Shown: positions 51,374 to 64,000 of the stretch, in pieces
How the letters are laid out: each line of letters starts with the position of its first letter
Position numbering within the stretch: position 1 is the stretch's first letter
Assembly: GCA_051362555.1 (NCBI GenBank)
Contig: CM120648.1
Span: 2,209,721-2,273,720, forward strand
DNA from: Lingula anatina
Lineage: Eukaryota > Animalia > Brachiopoda
Length of the DNA stretch: 64,000 bases
Direction of reading: 5' to 3'
Translations under genes and position numbers: made by a program
Notes under the pieces: generated by a model
Told to the model about the DNA's origin: nothing
Database searches by the model: none
The model's input: only the letters and a program-made list of their open reading frames with translations

Positions 51374-53375
51374 CGGGTTTTATTAATCAAGTGGAGTTCT
51401 TGAGGTATCAGGGGACCTATGTCACTTTACCCAACAATGAATTTCCATCTAATACGTAATTAATATAATATGTAGTTTAAAATTGGTATTATAACTTGCA
51501 AAAAATATTGGTCTTCTCGTTTTGTCTGTTTGTGTTTAACGATAAAGGTCACAATTTTAGTGATTCTGGTTTCAAATTTTCCAGATTCTGTGCCAGAAAT
51601 TAAGACTGAAAGATTTCGTAACACTTTTATCCTATTTTGGTTAGCTAACTTTGAGAGGTCTGTCTTTATTTTTAAATTAATCTCAATGCTGATAGATTTA
51701 TTTATTATATTTTGCAAGCCCTTGTTCTATTTATCATTTGAAAAATGTCGTTCAAGCGTTAATATTGATACTACAAAGCACATTGGATGGAAAGTAGTAT
51801 CTGTTTACATATTGACGACGTGTATTGAATGATATGTCCATTTGTCTACCTCTTGAGTGCATCGAGTGTCAACTTGCCCAAAGGTACATGCGCAGCCACG
51901 TGAGTATTTGTGGTCCTTTTAGAAGAACAGTGAAACTTAACTGATAAACACAACATCACAAAGTTTTCTGATAAGCGCACACTCAAGGGTAAGTTGACAC
52001 CATGTGCCGGTTTTGGCAAAACGGTTTCTTCATTACGTTTATGTTATGTACATGTATATACGTAATATGAAAAAGTTGTAAGACATTATATCTACATTTA
52101 CAGACCATATTTTTGTTCGAACATTAATATCAAAATTAAATATGTAAATATTAATATCAAAATATATAAAACATTAATTTGATATCCATATGCCGACATC
52201 AACACCATTTCTCTGCATGACTGCATTTCCTATTACTCGAATATAACAGACAAGCAGTTATTGTATTGGGTTGAATGCAGCTGAACAAATACTCCTTGCA
52301 TGGACCTGTATGTAGCTTGATTTCATATTTGTATATCAGTCTATGGCAAGGGGTCGTTAAATTTTTGGTAAAATTGTAAAATTTAGGATTTGTGATCCAC
52401 CTAAATTACTCCGTTTTTAGAGGCATCATAAAGGTAGTGTCTGTGAGATATTTCTGTCTGATAGGTTTTTCTTAAATTTCTAACATGCAAAGTTGGCACT
52501 TTTGCATCCATATTGAGATTTAAAAAAACGATAGGTGCCCATGTTAGTTTTGTTGCTATGGTGTTTGGAGCTTTGAATACATATACCATAGATCCATATG
52601 AAAAAATTAATCTTTCTGCATGTATATTACTCGTCTTGCGCATTTTATATACTTTGACATCAAACTCAACCAAGTCAGTGAAAATAATTTTGACTGGTTG
52701 GGGAGGTTTTATGCGTAGTACAAATTTCAAGGCATGTCAGTCAATTTTCATACGTACATTGTACATGTACATCTGTAGTTATTTAATATGCACTACCTAA
52801 ATCAAATGTCTCCTGTTCTTGCAGATGTCTACAAATTAAATGTTTGCAGTTTTAAGTTGTAGGCTGTACTTTGTCAATTATGAATTACAATTGAATATTG
52901 TAGATAAATAAATAAATGTATTTTCTATTAATATTTGAGTAATAATATGTCTTTCTTGTAATTAGCTAGCTTGTCTTCATGTTAATGTGTTTATGGAACT
53001 TATTTTCTGTAACAAGTTTAGGAATAAAAATTGATTTTCACTTTTTTACTTTTTTGCAGTCTTCTCTGTGCTGTCTTTTCAAAATAATTTACCATTCATA
53101 GTATGAATTTCTACTCTTTCAATATTTCAATACAAAGCGGCGTTTTTATAGATGGATGGTGTCTGAATTTTATGTACTAGCTATCATTTTTGTTGTACTT
53201 AATTAAGTTCAGAATATTATCATTAACACATCCAAATGCCTGTCTTTTATCCTTACTTAGTTATAGCTCATTTTCGTGCCTTTCGTTTTTGTGCCCGGCC
53301 ACGGATTATAGACAATTTAACTGTCTAAGCAAACTCAGTTCGTACCAAGTAATGCTGAGCAGAACAGTCTGAAAA

Positions 53376-55699
53376 TCAGTTTTGGTGGCGGACACACTCA
53401 TCTTGCACTGTGCACTCACGAGTTAGCTCTCTTGACAGTGAACTCTGACTGGCCATGCATCCTTTCTTGTAAAGGTTCTGGCCCTGTTGTAAGACGCTGC
53501 CGTAGATACTTGTATCGTAAAGGGCTTCCCCAGGTGTCATCTTTTTTCCAGAAATGATTATCAACACCATTGCTGGAAACCATAAATATGTAATGGATTT
53601 ACAATTTCATTAAAGAAGAAGAAATCTACATTGCTGCTAGATTTTGATATATCCTAAAATATGTATATTAAAACCTCGAACGCAGCGGAATATTTAACAT
53701 AACTACATTTTGTACCCACCTTGACTTAATTCCGCGTCTGTTATCAGTGTTGCAAAGACCGTGCCATCATCTAAATACATTTGTCTGATGTTCTGTGATA
53801 GACAACAGATCACGAGCCGACACTCAGATGGTAACTTGTGACCCTCCTTAAGATGGACGATCTCTGGACAGACGTTCTTTCTGAACATAGCCTTGAGTTT
53901 GTCAGCTGTCTCAGAACTCAAAACACCGACGAATGTTCTCTGTATGTTTTCTTCAGGAGAAGGAATAGCCAACAGATCTTCCCCCTGTAAATCAATTGAC
54001 CCCTTTCAAAATTTTATTCTGCAATAATGCATACCTAAGTCGATAGTTGCTCGTGCTAAATAAGATGATGAATGTGCGAAGAAAACGAATAATTGACTAC
54101 AGATATCGATTTTAACTTTTAACTAAGGTATTACACGCGCAAGGCTTGTGTTTATTTCTTTTATTCTGTTTTTATAACCAACAGTAATGGTGGACAGTCC
54201 AATCGTTACGCTTGGTCTCCTGTTGACTGGAGTAGTGAAGTGGTGCCATATACTCTCGCCAAATTCTGTAGGAGCACCTGCAAATAATGTGTAAAGGATA
54301 TAATAACAGCCAAATGGGCTTTTCACATTATACCTAGACCATAATATTACAAACACTGACATCACAAGGGCACTGACACTGCAACGATGATATTCATGTA
54401 AAACGCAGTAGTGCAAAAACCCTCCTGTTAAGACTGCACTTGACTTTTGGAATTTTTTTAAATTTAAATTTTGATTTCATTTTTGATTAATACATGTAAG
54501 TTATAACACCCTTATACAATTTCGTACTTTATTGATTACTTACAGCGCTATTAACAGGAATTATCCCACACCGTGCAAGATTTCGTTTTAGCCATATATC
54601 TAAAATTTGAAATATTATAATATCATTATTCAATATTATAATTCTTTTCGATGGAAATACAAACAAAAACTGTTCTTAGACGCATGTATTCAAACTACAA
54701 AATTGTATAAGTGATAATAATTTAAAGCTATTGTTACAGTTGTAGCCTTTATCAACTCCTTATTTACTGCCTTACATACATTCTTTTATATAACAAATAA
54801 ATCTTCAGTGTTCAGAGACTTAATCAATTAACATTTGCACACATGCCATCTTACGAGTGCCGTCACGACTGCCATTTTTGGGTAAAAATTGAAAATCTGC
54901 TTTCTCAATTTCTCCTTTACCTGAGCACCCACTAACACCATTTTTTCGCCAGTACCCCAAATTCCTGTCAACGATTTTCTTCAAAGCCTTAGTTCAGATT
55001 TTATCGTTGATAACGAAAATTACGTCTTTCTTCAAGGAAAATATGTAATTAGGGCTTAATAACTCTATAAAAAGCATTTAAAATAAAATGACGGCACGGG
55101 AGTGGAGCGCATTGACTTGTGGTCAATTATGCCTATTTTCGTGATAAAATATTGTTTGAAGGATGTAGTTACGCCCCATACCGATTGCTATCTCACATCA
55201 AAATAAAAAGGTCTTAAATTGACAATAAAAGCTTGAGCTGCTTATGCTTAAACGATGCAAAAAGAAATATAATTGCCTATATTTTATATTTTCGAGGGAT
55301 TTTTTTGTTTTAAATCAGCACAAAAACAGACGCATATATTGAATAATTAGATGCAGGAAAAACTTTACTTTTGGTATCAAGATGATAATAAAGGTTTACA
55401 ATAGCCTTGAAGACCAGCAATATTGAAATGACACAACGCACGCTGCAAGTTTATAGTCTGATACAATACTAGTACGTACATGTACCTCGACGTCGCCGAT
55501 AGACGAAGTAAATTACAGCTCCACAAGCCACTGCTCCCCAGCACAATCCCGGTATTGCTGCGACGTAGGTATACAGCTGAAACAAAAAATGGTCATGGGA
55601 GAACGCACCATTAGTCGATGTGACGATCTCGACAGATCTTTCCCCAGTTGCTTCTCTCGACTGTCCCTTAACAGTTCTATCATCCTGCTGGTCTCCCAT
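53376..55699 (-). CDS. Uncharacterised single-pass membrane protein; 4 exons (55699-55486, 54277-54183, 53984-53720, 53572-53376), ~256 aa
   Basis: Four ORF fragments join by GT-AG in consistent phases (1, 0, 1). TM YVAAIPGLCWGAVACGAVIYFVY is followed by RRRR and an alpha/beta-like C-terminal domain. The start codon is uncertain. Confidence 0.7.
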
Positions 55700-56887
55700 A
55701 GCTTCACGTAAATGGGCTCGACTGTACTCAACTGCAGTAATGTTCTTGGGTTTTGCGAAATACTACATCTGCTAAAATTTCTCTTTTATTGTCTATCTTC
55801 TGCAGGGACTTTTTTCTGCCATTATGTCTATTTGTTTAATTGTAGGTACAGCCCGGGAGCCACTGAGCTGCCGCTAGGGGGACTTTAGAGAAACCGGAAG
55901 TCTACGTATTTTGAATTGACCAAAATTTCGAGTATTTACAGGGTATCAAAAAGGGTGAAATATCTCCGCTATTAAGGTACCCAATGTATCATTATGTATA
56001 TTTTCATTTTTAGAGATGAGATGCGCCTTGAGTTGATCCAGAGCCGCTTTTGTGTAAAAAAGTGAGTTTGAAATTAAAAATGTGTGAAAGCAATTTACGC
56101 AAGTCCAACTTTAACGCCCATGTTTGTACTTATAGAGGTCTTTCCGGATTTTAGAATTTACGAAAAAATGTGTGGAATTTATTCAGCTTTTTGCCATAGT
56201 AAGCATGTCAAGGGGCATTTGTTCAGCTGAAAGTGTCTCGATTCAAACCACACTCGAGTGCCGTCAAAAAATTGCTCTCGCAATATCCGTACATCAGCCT
56301 CGTTTGGAGTTCTTGTATTCTTAAGTAACCCAGTCTCGTTTTGACTTTTTTCCCCTTTTCTGTGCACACACAAACACGTATGTATTGAAAATATGAAGAT
56401 TTGATTATTGAATATATTATAGTCTGGTGCTGGGAAGAAGTGGCAAAATAAAAACAGAATATGATGGAATGGCCCGACTATCACTCAGATTTTCCTGGGT
56501 GTTCTTTTTTCAATGCTAATAGTTTTTTTTTTTGTATTAGACAATACGAGTACCAACTTGCATGCATATTAATTTTTTCATCAACATATAAAATTTACCA
56601 ACAAATGAAGGACCAATATTATATTTCATTAATCATTGTTGCTTTTGTTATTTTAAAATTCGAGCTACTTGTATATCATCTGCAATACAACCAACAGAAA
56701 ATATTAATTTTTTTTTGTTTTTTTTTTTTATTTTTACAACATGCACTGTAATGATTAGTATACACTACTCATAATAAATCAGTACAAATTTACAATTCAT
56801 AATTGTTTAGCCAATGAACAGACAGATTCCTTTTGAAAGGGCAATTCTTAAATCATATAATATAATTTAATTAATTTTCCCAAGGTC

Positions 56888-56930
<43 letters not shown>

Positions 56931-57118
56931 ACCAAGTCATATTCTAATCCATCTTTGCATTTGATTTTACTCAATTGTTTTATTTTTAAGTTAAGGTTTG
57001 CCAATGGCAAACTACATTACACCATGAATGCATATTCTTGATTTTACTGATTATCTACTAGTATAACAGATAATATTAGCAACAGCTACGGTCAAAAATA
57101 ATATACAATCCCTTTTAA

Positions 57119-57464
57119 AGGGATAATAACTCTTCGTTTCGGCCAAAAAATGAATGTTCCTGGAGTAAACAACAATTTTCCCATACTTACCAATGGTTAA
57201 TGAATCCATTTTTACATTTAAAGTTAGTCCCTGGTTTACCAATGGTTAATGAATCCATTTTTACATTTAAAGTTAGTCTTTTTTTCCAAAAAGTTTGGTA
57301 TAGCCATCAATGGAGGTCACATGGTCTAAAGACAACCTCAGATATCAGAAAAAATAGCTATAACTGCCGTTTTTGTGGTAAAACAGAATATATTATATTT
57401 CTATGAGTTATTCACAATGTTTTTATTGTGAAATATAGATCTCATACGAAGAGTTATTATCCCT
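57119..57464. mobile_element. Kolobok-like MITE, copy 2
   Basis: AGGGATAATAACTCTTCG ... CGAAGAGTTATTATCCCT; same family as 38501-38837; carries an internal ~40-bp duplication. Confidence 0.8.
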
Positions 57465-57717
57465 TTTAGTATGTCAGAAGTTGAGGTGGTGCTCTATGTC
57501 ACACAGCATCAGAAATGATGGGTATGTCTCGGACGACTTCTATCTGTCATGACTCATGAAAGATCAAGGTATGGCAAAAGGATTCATCCTGGCCCCAGTC
57601 ACGTTGTTCAAGCCTAATGAAAATATACATATGGAAGTGTGAAAAAAACCCATTTATTCCATTTACTAGTATTTAAAAGGTACATAAAAAAAGTTGTGTT
57701 TTCTAGTAGTTTTCTTA

Positions 57718-57718
<1 letters not shown>

Positions 57719-57750
<32 letters not shown>
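57719..57750. repeat. (CA)n microsatellite
   Basis: Read directly. Confidence 0.95.
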
Positions 57751-57752
<2 letters not shown>

Positions 57753-58859
57753 AACTAAAATAGATAATATATAAACAACCTTTGTAATAGCAAAACAGGT
57801 AGCAATTATAGTTGAATAGTATTACTGAGGGTAAACTACACTCAAAGTCAATCAGTATTGAAACATTTATTGATCGTTCTTTCATAATTCACAAACTTAA
57901 AAAACATATGTTTGTGCAAGTATATGCGTAATTGTGTATGGCAGAGAAAGAATGAGATGGCGACGCGCGTGTGCACGCGCGCGTCAGTCAGCGTGTGACA
58001 TCAAGTATCTGCATACTGCCAACTCAAAGTTACTTTTTTCTGCTTTTTTTTAGTCCATGTCTAACAAAATCGGCATAAGTGAGCAAGTATTCAATATCTT
58101 ACACTGACATTCATTCAATAACTACGACATCAACGAGGCTGCTACCACTGACCCAATGATCTTTACGCGCAATATACACCTTGTTGGAAATGCTCAAAAT
58201 CTATAAGACAGAGAGTTCTCCGGATTCCAAAATTTTCATATGTGCAAAAATGATCATTTAGCTATCTAAAAATGTGAACAGAAAAATAAAATACTTGTTC
58301 AGCTGCATTTGTCTCTATTCAAAAAAGCGTGTTTACATCGGAGTTTTGTCTGACGCCATTTTGGTGCTGGCATCTAAAATCAGTGAAAACTCTGTGAAAT
58401 ACATATGTTAACATTCTTTTGGTGTATACAATATAACTTAAGCATATAATATATTGTCCTGCCAAGTCTTTTTAAACACATCTCTGCAGTCATTCTATAA
58501 TCACTTTTTATTCTTACCCTATTCTATGCCTCTGATTCCCGCCATATTTTCTTAGGGCGAAGCGGGCCTATTTGAAAACGAGGCTACTATCTAATAATTG
58601 GGAAAATAACGGTCATATGGACCAGTGGCTCCCGGGCTGGGTAATAAACATGTGCAGTCGACTGACCTACAATGTAAACTTGCCGACATATAGGGCGCAA
58701 GTATTGAAATTATTGTTTGCACAGACAAAGACAGCAAAGAAAAGCCAACTGTATTATTATATATCAGCTCTCTCACATTCGTTTCATAAAAAAGTTCTTC
58801 TCCGTGCAGCCTTTGGAGTGAATCAACAATACCCATTACCTTCTTCAGTCTAAAGTCAA

Positions 58860-60112
58860 TCAGTCAAGCACAGACTACACACTTCCCAGTCTCTAAAGAT
58901 GGAATCAAAAACGCCTGCGATAAACTCACAGATATCATTGAAAATGCTGCAGACATGTCTCTTCGTAAAAGAAAAACTGCTACAAACACAAAAACAAAAC
59001 AGAAACCAAAAAGAATGAAAAAACAACCATGGTTCGACAAAACTTGTTCTGAAATTAGGAGAAATATCAAACATCTTGGAAAACTATTACAAAATAATCC
59101 GCATAACAACTATATCTCACAAACTTTCCACATAACTACAAAGAAATATAAACAACTGCTAAGGCAAAAAAAGAGGGAATACAAAGATGCACTATTAACA
59201 AAACTGCTGAATTCTGAAAAAAAAAACAACCTCAAAGTATTTTGGCAAATACTAAAAACCCTGAAGGAAAGAGAGGACAAAAGTAACATAGTCAGTCCAG
59301 ATACCTGGCAACAACATTTTCACCAACTCTGTGGAATCCCCCCTACAGATAATCAACAAATAAATGATGAAATAAAAAGATACGAGGAAATGGAAGGAAA
59401 CGTTGTCCTAAATAGTCCCATAACAATTGGAGAAGTAAAGAACGCTATCAAAAAACTAAAAAATGGCAAGGCAGCCGGTGAAGACTCTATTAGAAATGAA
59501 ATGTTAAAAACAGGAGTAAATTACCTAGTAGGACTAATAACAAAAATCTTTAACTTAGCACTAAATACATGCGAAACCCCGGATGCCTGGAACTTAGGCC
59601 TCATACTGCCCTTATATAAATCTGGAGATCGAACCCATCAAACTATAGTGGCCTATGCATAACCAGCTGTTTAGGGAAACTGTTCAATTCTATACTGACA
59701 AATAGAATCACTCAATTCATAGAAACAAATCAAAAGCTAAGTGAAGAACAAGCTGGGTTCAGACCTGGGTATCGCACAACAGATCATATATTTACCCTAA
59801 AATCTGTCATAAACAAATATCTAAACAAAAATAAACGTCTCTATACCTGCTTTGTCGATCTTCGTAAAGCCTTTGATACAGTCTGGCATAAAGGTCTGTT
59901 TATAAAACTCCTGAGACAAGGTATCAGAGGCAAAATATACAAACTCATAAAGTACATGTACAACAATACAAGACTAGGCGTATCGATTCACACTGGTTTC
60001 ACTGAACCATTTTTGTCCAAAATTGGCATAAGGCAAGGTGATAACCTTAGTCCAGTACTTTTCAACATTTTCATAGATGACATAAAAAGTAAACTTCACA
60101 TAAATGATACCT
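58860..60112 (+). mobile_element. Non-LTR retrotransposon RT fragment (RTEX/CR1-like), frameshifted and truncated
   Basis: Peptides PWFDKTC, KAAGEDSIRNEMLK, PLYKSGD, then a frameshift at ~59630, then QAGFRPGYRTTDHIF, FVDLRKAFDTV and GIRQGDNLSPVLFNIFIDD; stops before the YADD motif. Confidence 0.9.
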
Positions 60113-60143
60113 CAACAAGAGTTGATGGTCTAAGTCACATTAA

Positions 60144-60345
60144 GGACCATTCCCACCAGGATCGATCTAACTCCCTGGGGAGTCTCACTAAATTGCTATG
60201 AGCTTATCCAGCTTAAATGTCTGCCACGCTAGTAAAGCTGTTAGGGGGTAATTATCTTTACACCCTAGCTGATTCGGTAGTCGTGACAGACATTTAAGCC
60301 AGGGAGTTAGACCGATCCAGATGGACCGATATAGGCACTGGAACC
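60144..60345. mobile_element. Partial Harbinger-like MITE, inverted relative to 61428-61638
   Basis: 60144-60255 matches the reverse complement of 61520-61638 (GATCGATCTA..GGGGAGTCTCACTA..AATGTCTG..GGGGTAATTA). Confidence 0.65.
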
Positions 60346-61234
60346 CAGTCTTAGTTTACATTCAATTTACTAGAATAAGTTGATCACAACGATCTGCTGG
60401 TATGAAACTGAAACCGTAGCTGGAATACAAAATATAACGTCCACATTACAAGACTCAAGGTTGGATCTTATAACTTAGAAATAGGGAGGGAGAGAAGCAG
60501 AAAATCAGTATTAATACGTCCCTCTCTGGTGGACTTTATGACGAAATTCATACGAAAGTTTACCGTTAGGCACAACCAAAGGCAGCACGTCGCTGCATTA
60601 AACACAAACAGTTGGATTCAAGATATTGATAGTTCAAATTTATGCTATATAGCTGAGGTTTTCGCAACTTTCAGTACAGACAGTAACATAGAGAAACCTT
60701 AATGAGAAACAATGACTAGAAAACGAAAAATACACCGACGCGTTTCAAGCTCTCAGTGTTTCTCGTCTATCAAATTTACAACAATTTATTATGAGACAAG
60801 GAAAGCGCTGAATATTAGAAAATTAATAAAGATCCTGGCTGTCTCCTTCGTTTACGACTAACCAGTTTTCCTGCCTTTTGTTTATGCCGTCATTTTTTAG
60901 GTATATTTAACGCGTAAAAACATACCGTATATCGTAATGTTGTGTATTTTTAAACCATAGTAATTTTACAAATAACTCTAAACTCTTCTTTTTATTTTTG
61001 CCGGTTTTATTTTATTCTATTTAATTTTATTTAAACCCCAAAATTGATAAACCAATTTCCGTTTCCTGTGTATTTTATATAGTGCATATACAATGGTTGT
61101 ATAAACGTTATTATTATTATTGTTATTATTACATAATCATATAATAACGTTTATTTGCAACTCAAGGTAGTTGGATCGTACGATTATGTGAAATATACAT
61201 AGATACTACGGTGTGTGGTATATAAGAACAGTTA

Positions 61235-61700
61235 GACGCGTGGTCATTACATACTGGGACGATCTCGTCTACCTAGGGAGGATTAGGGCCCAGCAGCCCC
61301 ATGAGGAGCTGAATGTTAGCAAACGAACAACATCTTTCTCTGCCTGACCTGGAACTTAACCCTGCTTCAACCCATAAGTACTCTGTGTCGAGCGATTAGA
61401 CAGCAGGTACCGTTTATAAAAGACTAGGAGTGCATTCCCAGAGATTAAGATCGATCCATCCGAATCGACCTAACACCCTGGGGGTTCACGCTAAATTGCA
61501 GTCAGCCGAGCGCGCACGACAGTTAATTACCCCTTTACAGCTTTTAGGCGGGACAGACATTGAAGCCGGCTAAGCTGACAGTAATCTAGTGAGACTCCCC
61601 ACGGGGATAGATCGATCTAAAATCTGTGGGAAGGGGTCTAGTAATTAAGTCCCTGGACGGGGTCGAACCCAAGTCCTCCCACTCAAGAGGCGGACACAAG
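61235..61700 (-). mobile_element. tRNA-derived SINE, 5'-truncated and interrupted by a MITE
   Basis: Minus strand GTGTCCGCCTC...GGGTTCGACCCC (B-box) followed by AAACGGTACCTGCTG, resembling the SINE central domain. Confidence 0.6.
61428..61638. mobile_element. Harbinger-like MITE inserted in the SINE
   Basis: TAG|GAGTGCATTCCCA ... TGGGAAGGGGTC|TAG: 3-bp TSD with imperfect TIRs. Confidence 0.6.
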
Positions 61701-61702
61701 GT

Positions 61703-62218
61703 GAGGCCCATATCCTTTATTGTCTTCCTCTAGCTTTAACAAAACTGTAATTATCAACCAATCAGTGTATCACGTCATTAAAAAGATATGATAAAACACG
61801 TTATGTATCTGCATAAGTTATGAAATAAAAATATTCAGATCATCATTCCTAGCATGGAACTTGACAGCACTTAATATCATACCAGCACCTGTCTCTGGTG
61901 ATAAATCCGAAACCTGACAAGTTATTTTAGGAAAAAAAGTATTTATTCTCCTTTCAATACATATCGAATTCTATAATACGTGGGTACTTTGTTAGCTTTC
62001 AATGGCGTGTAAGTCCTGCCGCTGCCTTACACAAACTCTTTTTATTCACCATGTTTATCAGCGTGTCAAGTTTGCATAGATTTCTTATTCATTCTTTTGT
62101 CCCGATGAGGACATAGAGGGGAAAGAACCCAGTGGTAAGGCACATAAGTGGGGGCTAGGGTTAACTCTATATCACAGAATATTTATTTCAGGTAAAAATG
62201 ATATGTTGTATTATTTCG
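61703..62218 (+). repeat. Dispersed repeat, copy 2 (partner at 48308-49045)
   Basis: Collinear similarity to 48308-49045 without the 225-bp MITE. Confidence 0.75.
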
Positions 62219-63439
62219 TCACATTACACGCTCTTTTTCTTTTCTTTTATTGCATTCTTTTTGCGAGGGAAGGGGAGTCATTTTTTTCTTCTTAAATGGC
62301 CACAATTAGTTGTGGCTTTATGCCTATGAGCAAGCTGTATATTGTCCCGGTGGTTGATAGGGAAAATCCGCGATACAATGAATAGCAGCTGTATGGGAGC
62401 TTGTTTTTAACTCCAAACTATTAGAACAATGGAATTTATCGTTATTGCTCTATGTTCGAGTTAAGTCAGTTCGACAAACTATTCATAAACGCCCATGTTT
62501 TGCCTACTGTTTTCAAAATCAGAAATCCGCTTTTACATTTATCTTACAGTATTTATATAATTTATAAATGGGATTTTTATTGCTAATAGAAATTTTAAAT
62601 GTCAGGTATTAGTTATAAGTACATGTATCTATTATAATAACTGGTTTCTTTATGATTTATTTTCGCCAGATTAAGAAATACCCCTTTACTTGCTATGTAT
62701 CGAGCGTTGAGAGGGTACTTTCATAGAAACTGGGGGTTTTACCGGTACATATCTAATTTCATTAAGAACAAGTCTTATTGGTGATTTTCCAACATATTAT
62801 TATCTGAATGTGAATAAAAAATATGCACGTCTTAGTATGCTCAACAATGACGAACATATAGCGTAAGAATGACTATGACGAACAAAGAAGCATAGGTTTT
62901 ATACAAGCAAAAAGGAGAAATAGAGAACTAATATAAACGAAACATTAATGGAACGATGACTGTGACAATGACCAATGGTCGACAAATATACATTACGTGA
63001 CACAGATAAAATACAAGTACAACGATAGCAGATAGCCAAAAAAATTGGAATAAGGAACAAATACTCTGCGATAACTACTCATGTTGTTACATATTTTTAC
63101 ACACGTATAAGAAAATCATTAAACCTTTACTACCATGACCTGCTACTTATCGTCTTTATTCAGTATGTTATTGCCCCCTGCGTTATATATACAGGAATCA
63201 GTTAGATAAACGCTAATCCAATTAGAAAACGGAACTGGGTGGACTTTTATCAAGTTCTGTGTTATTCGGTGGAGTGATCACAAGGATTTTTTTACCATTT
63301 TCTAAATACTTATCACTTCAAAAAATAATTTCCATCCTGTTTCTGAAACTTCTATATAGTTATATTAATTGACTCTTTACTGGTCACTCAATCACGTTTT
63401 ATGCGTTCAATGCCAAAACATTTTTTTTTGTACGTTGTA

Positions 63440-64000
63440 TTATCTGTGGGCACATGATTGAGTTGATCTCCTTTTTTCATATTCTGGTCTGCTGATTTCT
63501 GCGAGGAATGCAAGAACAGGACCGTCTATGTCTTTTCTGTCTTTCCATGTATAGCAGGTGAACCATCGCAAACAGCACTACAGTAATTAGCTATAACCAG
63601 AACCTTGTGAGGGGTCCCAACAGTTTGCAACATTTCGACAAACTTGTCGTATTTATCTTTGTTTTCTTGAGTCAGCTGGTCTCCTTTAGTTAGAACACCA
63701 AAAAGTGAAAAACGATCTATCGCCTATTAAAAAAGAAGATAACAACTAACAAAAGAAAAAGCGTATTTGTGTGTGTTAGTTACACGTACAACGTGTAAAC
63801 AACACCAAAAGAGTCTGAGAGGTGAAATAAGTTTACACTCACCTGCACCCAAAATTTCCTCGCATACTTGAGTCACAATACACTGAAGGCAGTTCCCCGT
63901 CCGCGCGCGGTAGCAACGAAAACCACTCGGTCAATGGGGACACCATCAACGCATTCGGGTATATCTTCTTCATTGTAGAGGAGGTCAAAAACGTTGGTGT
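63440..64000 (-). pseudogene. IFI44-like paralog, 3' part (exons 64000-63843 and 63716-63440), frameshifted
   Basis: Peptides IPECVDGVPIDRVVFVA, LFGVLTKGD, GTPHKVLVIANYC and LAFLAEISRPEY align with 50319-51373, with the same intron. It carries a +4 insertion (~63905), an 8-nt deletion (~63870) and another frameshift (~63550). Confidence 0.8.

Noticed and set aside
55700-55825. Longer N-terminus for the orphan TM gene from the ATG at ~55822
   Set aside because: Stops occur in all three frames before ATG 55699.
61650-61700. tRNA gene
   Set aside because: Only the B-box half is present and no full cloverleaf; it is a SINE head.

Overview
AT-rich, intron-containing eukaryotic genomic DNA from an invertebrate animal; the repeat types suggest a lophotrochozoan, which is an inference. 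Most entries in the ORF track are exon fragments or antisense shadows, so I rebuilt the gene models by hand from GT/GC-AG sites and reading-frame phase. Contents from left to right: (1) a 3-exon Nodulin/MCH1-like MFS transporter; (2) a tandem array of five intact UNC-93-like genes in two subgroups (6 vs 4 coding exons), with endolysosomal sorting motifs, one GC-AG intron and mosaic paralog similarity; (3) a minus-strand type I membrane protein with WAP, antistasin and TIL protease-inhibitor modules; (4) a transposon-rich zone, including a decayed DIRS element split by a TA-TSD DNA element; (5) an IFI44-like GTPase gene with an N-myristoylation motif, preceded by ISRE, kB-like and TATA motifs; (6) an orphan single-pass membrane protein with a possible TIR/SEFIR-like tail; (7) a LINE RT fragment, a SINE, and a frameshifted second IFI44-like copy cut by the window edge. 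The best candidate for a novel system is an invertebrate ISG-like innate-immune neighbourhood, but this is inference and needs expression and homology tests.
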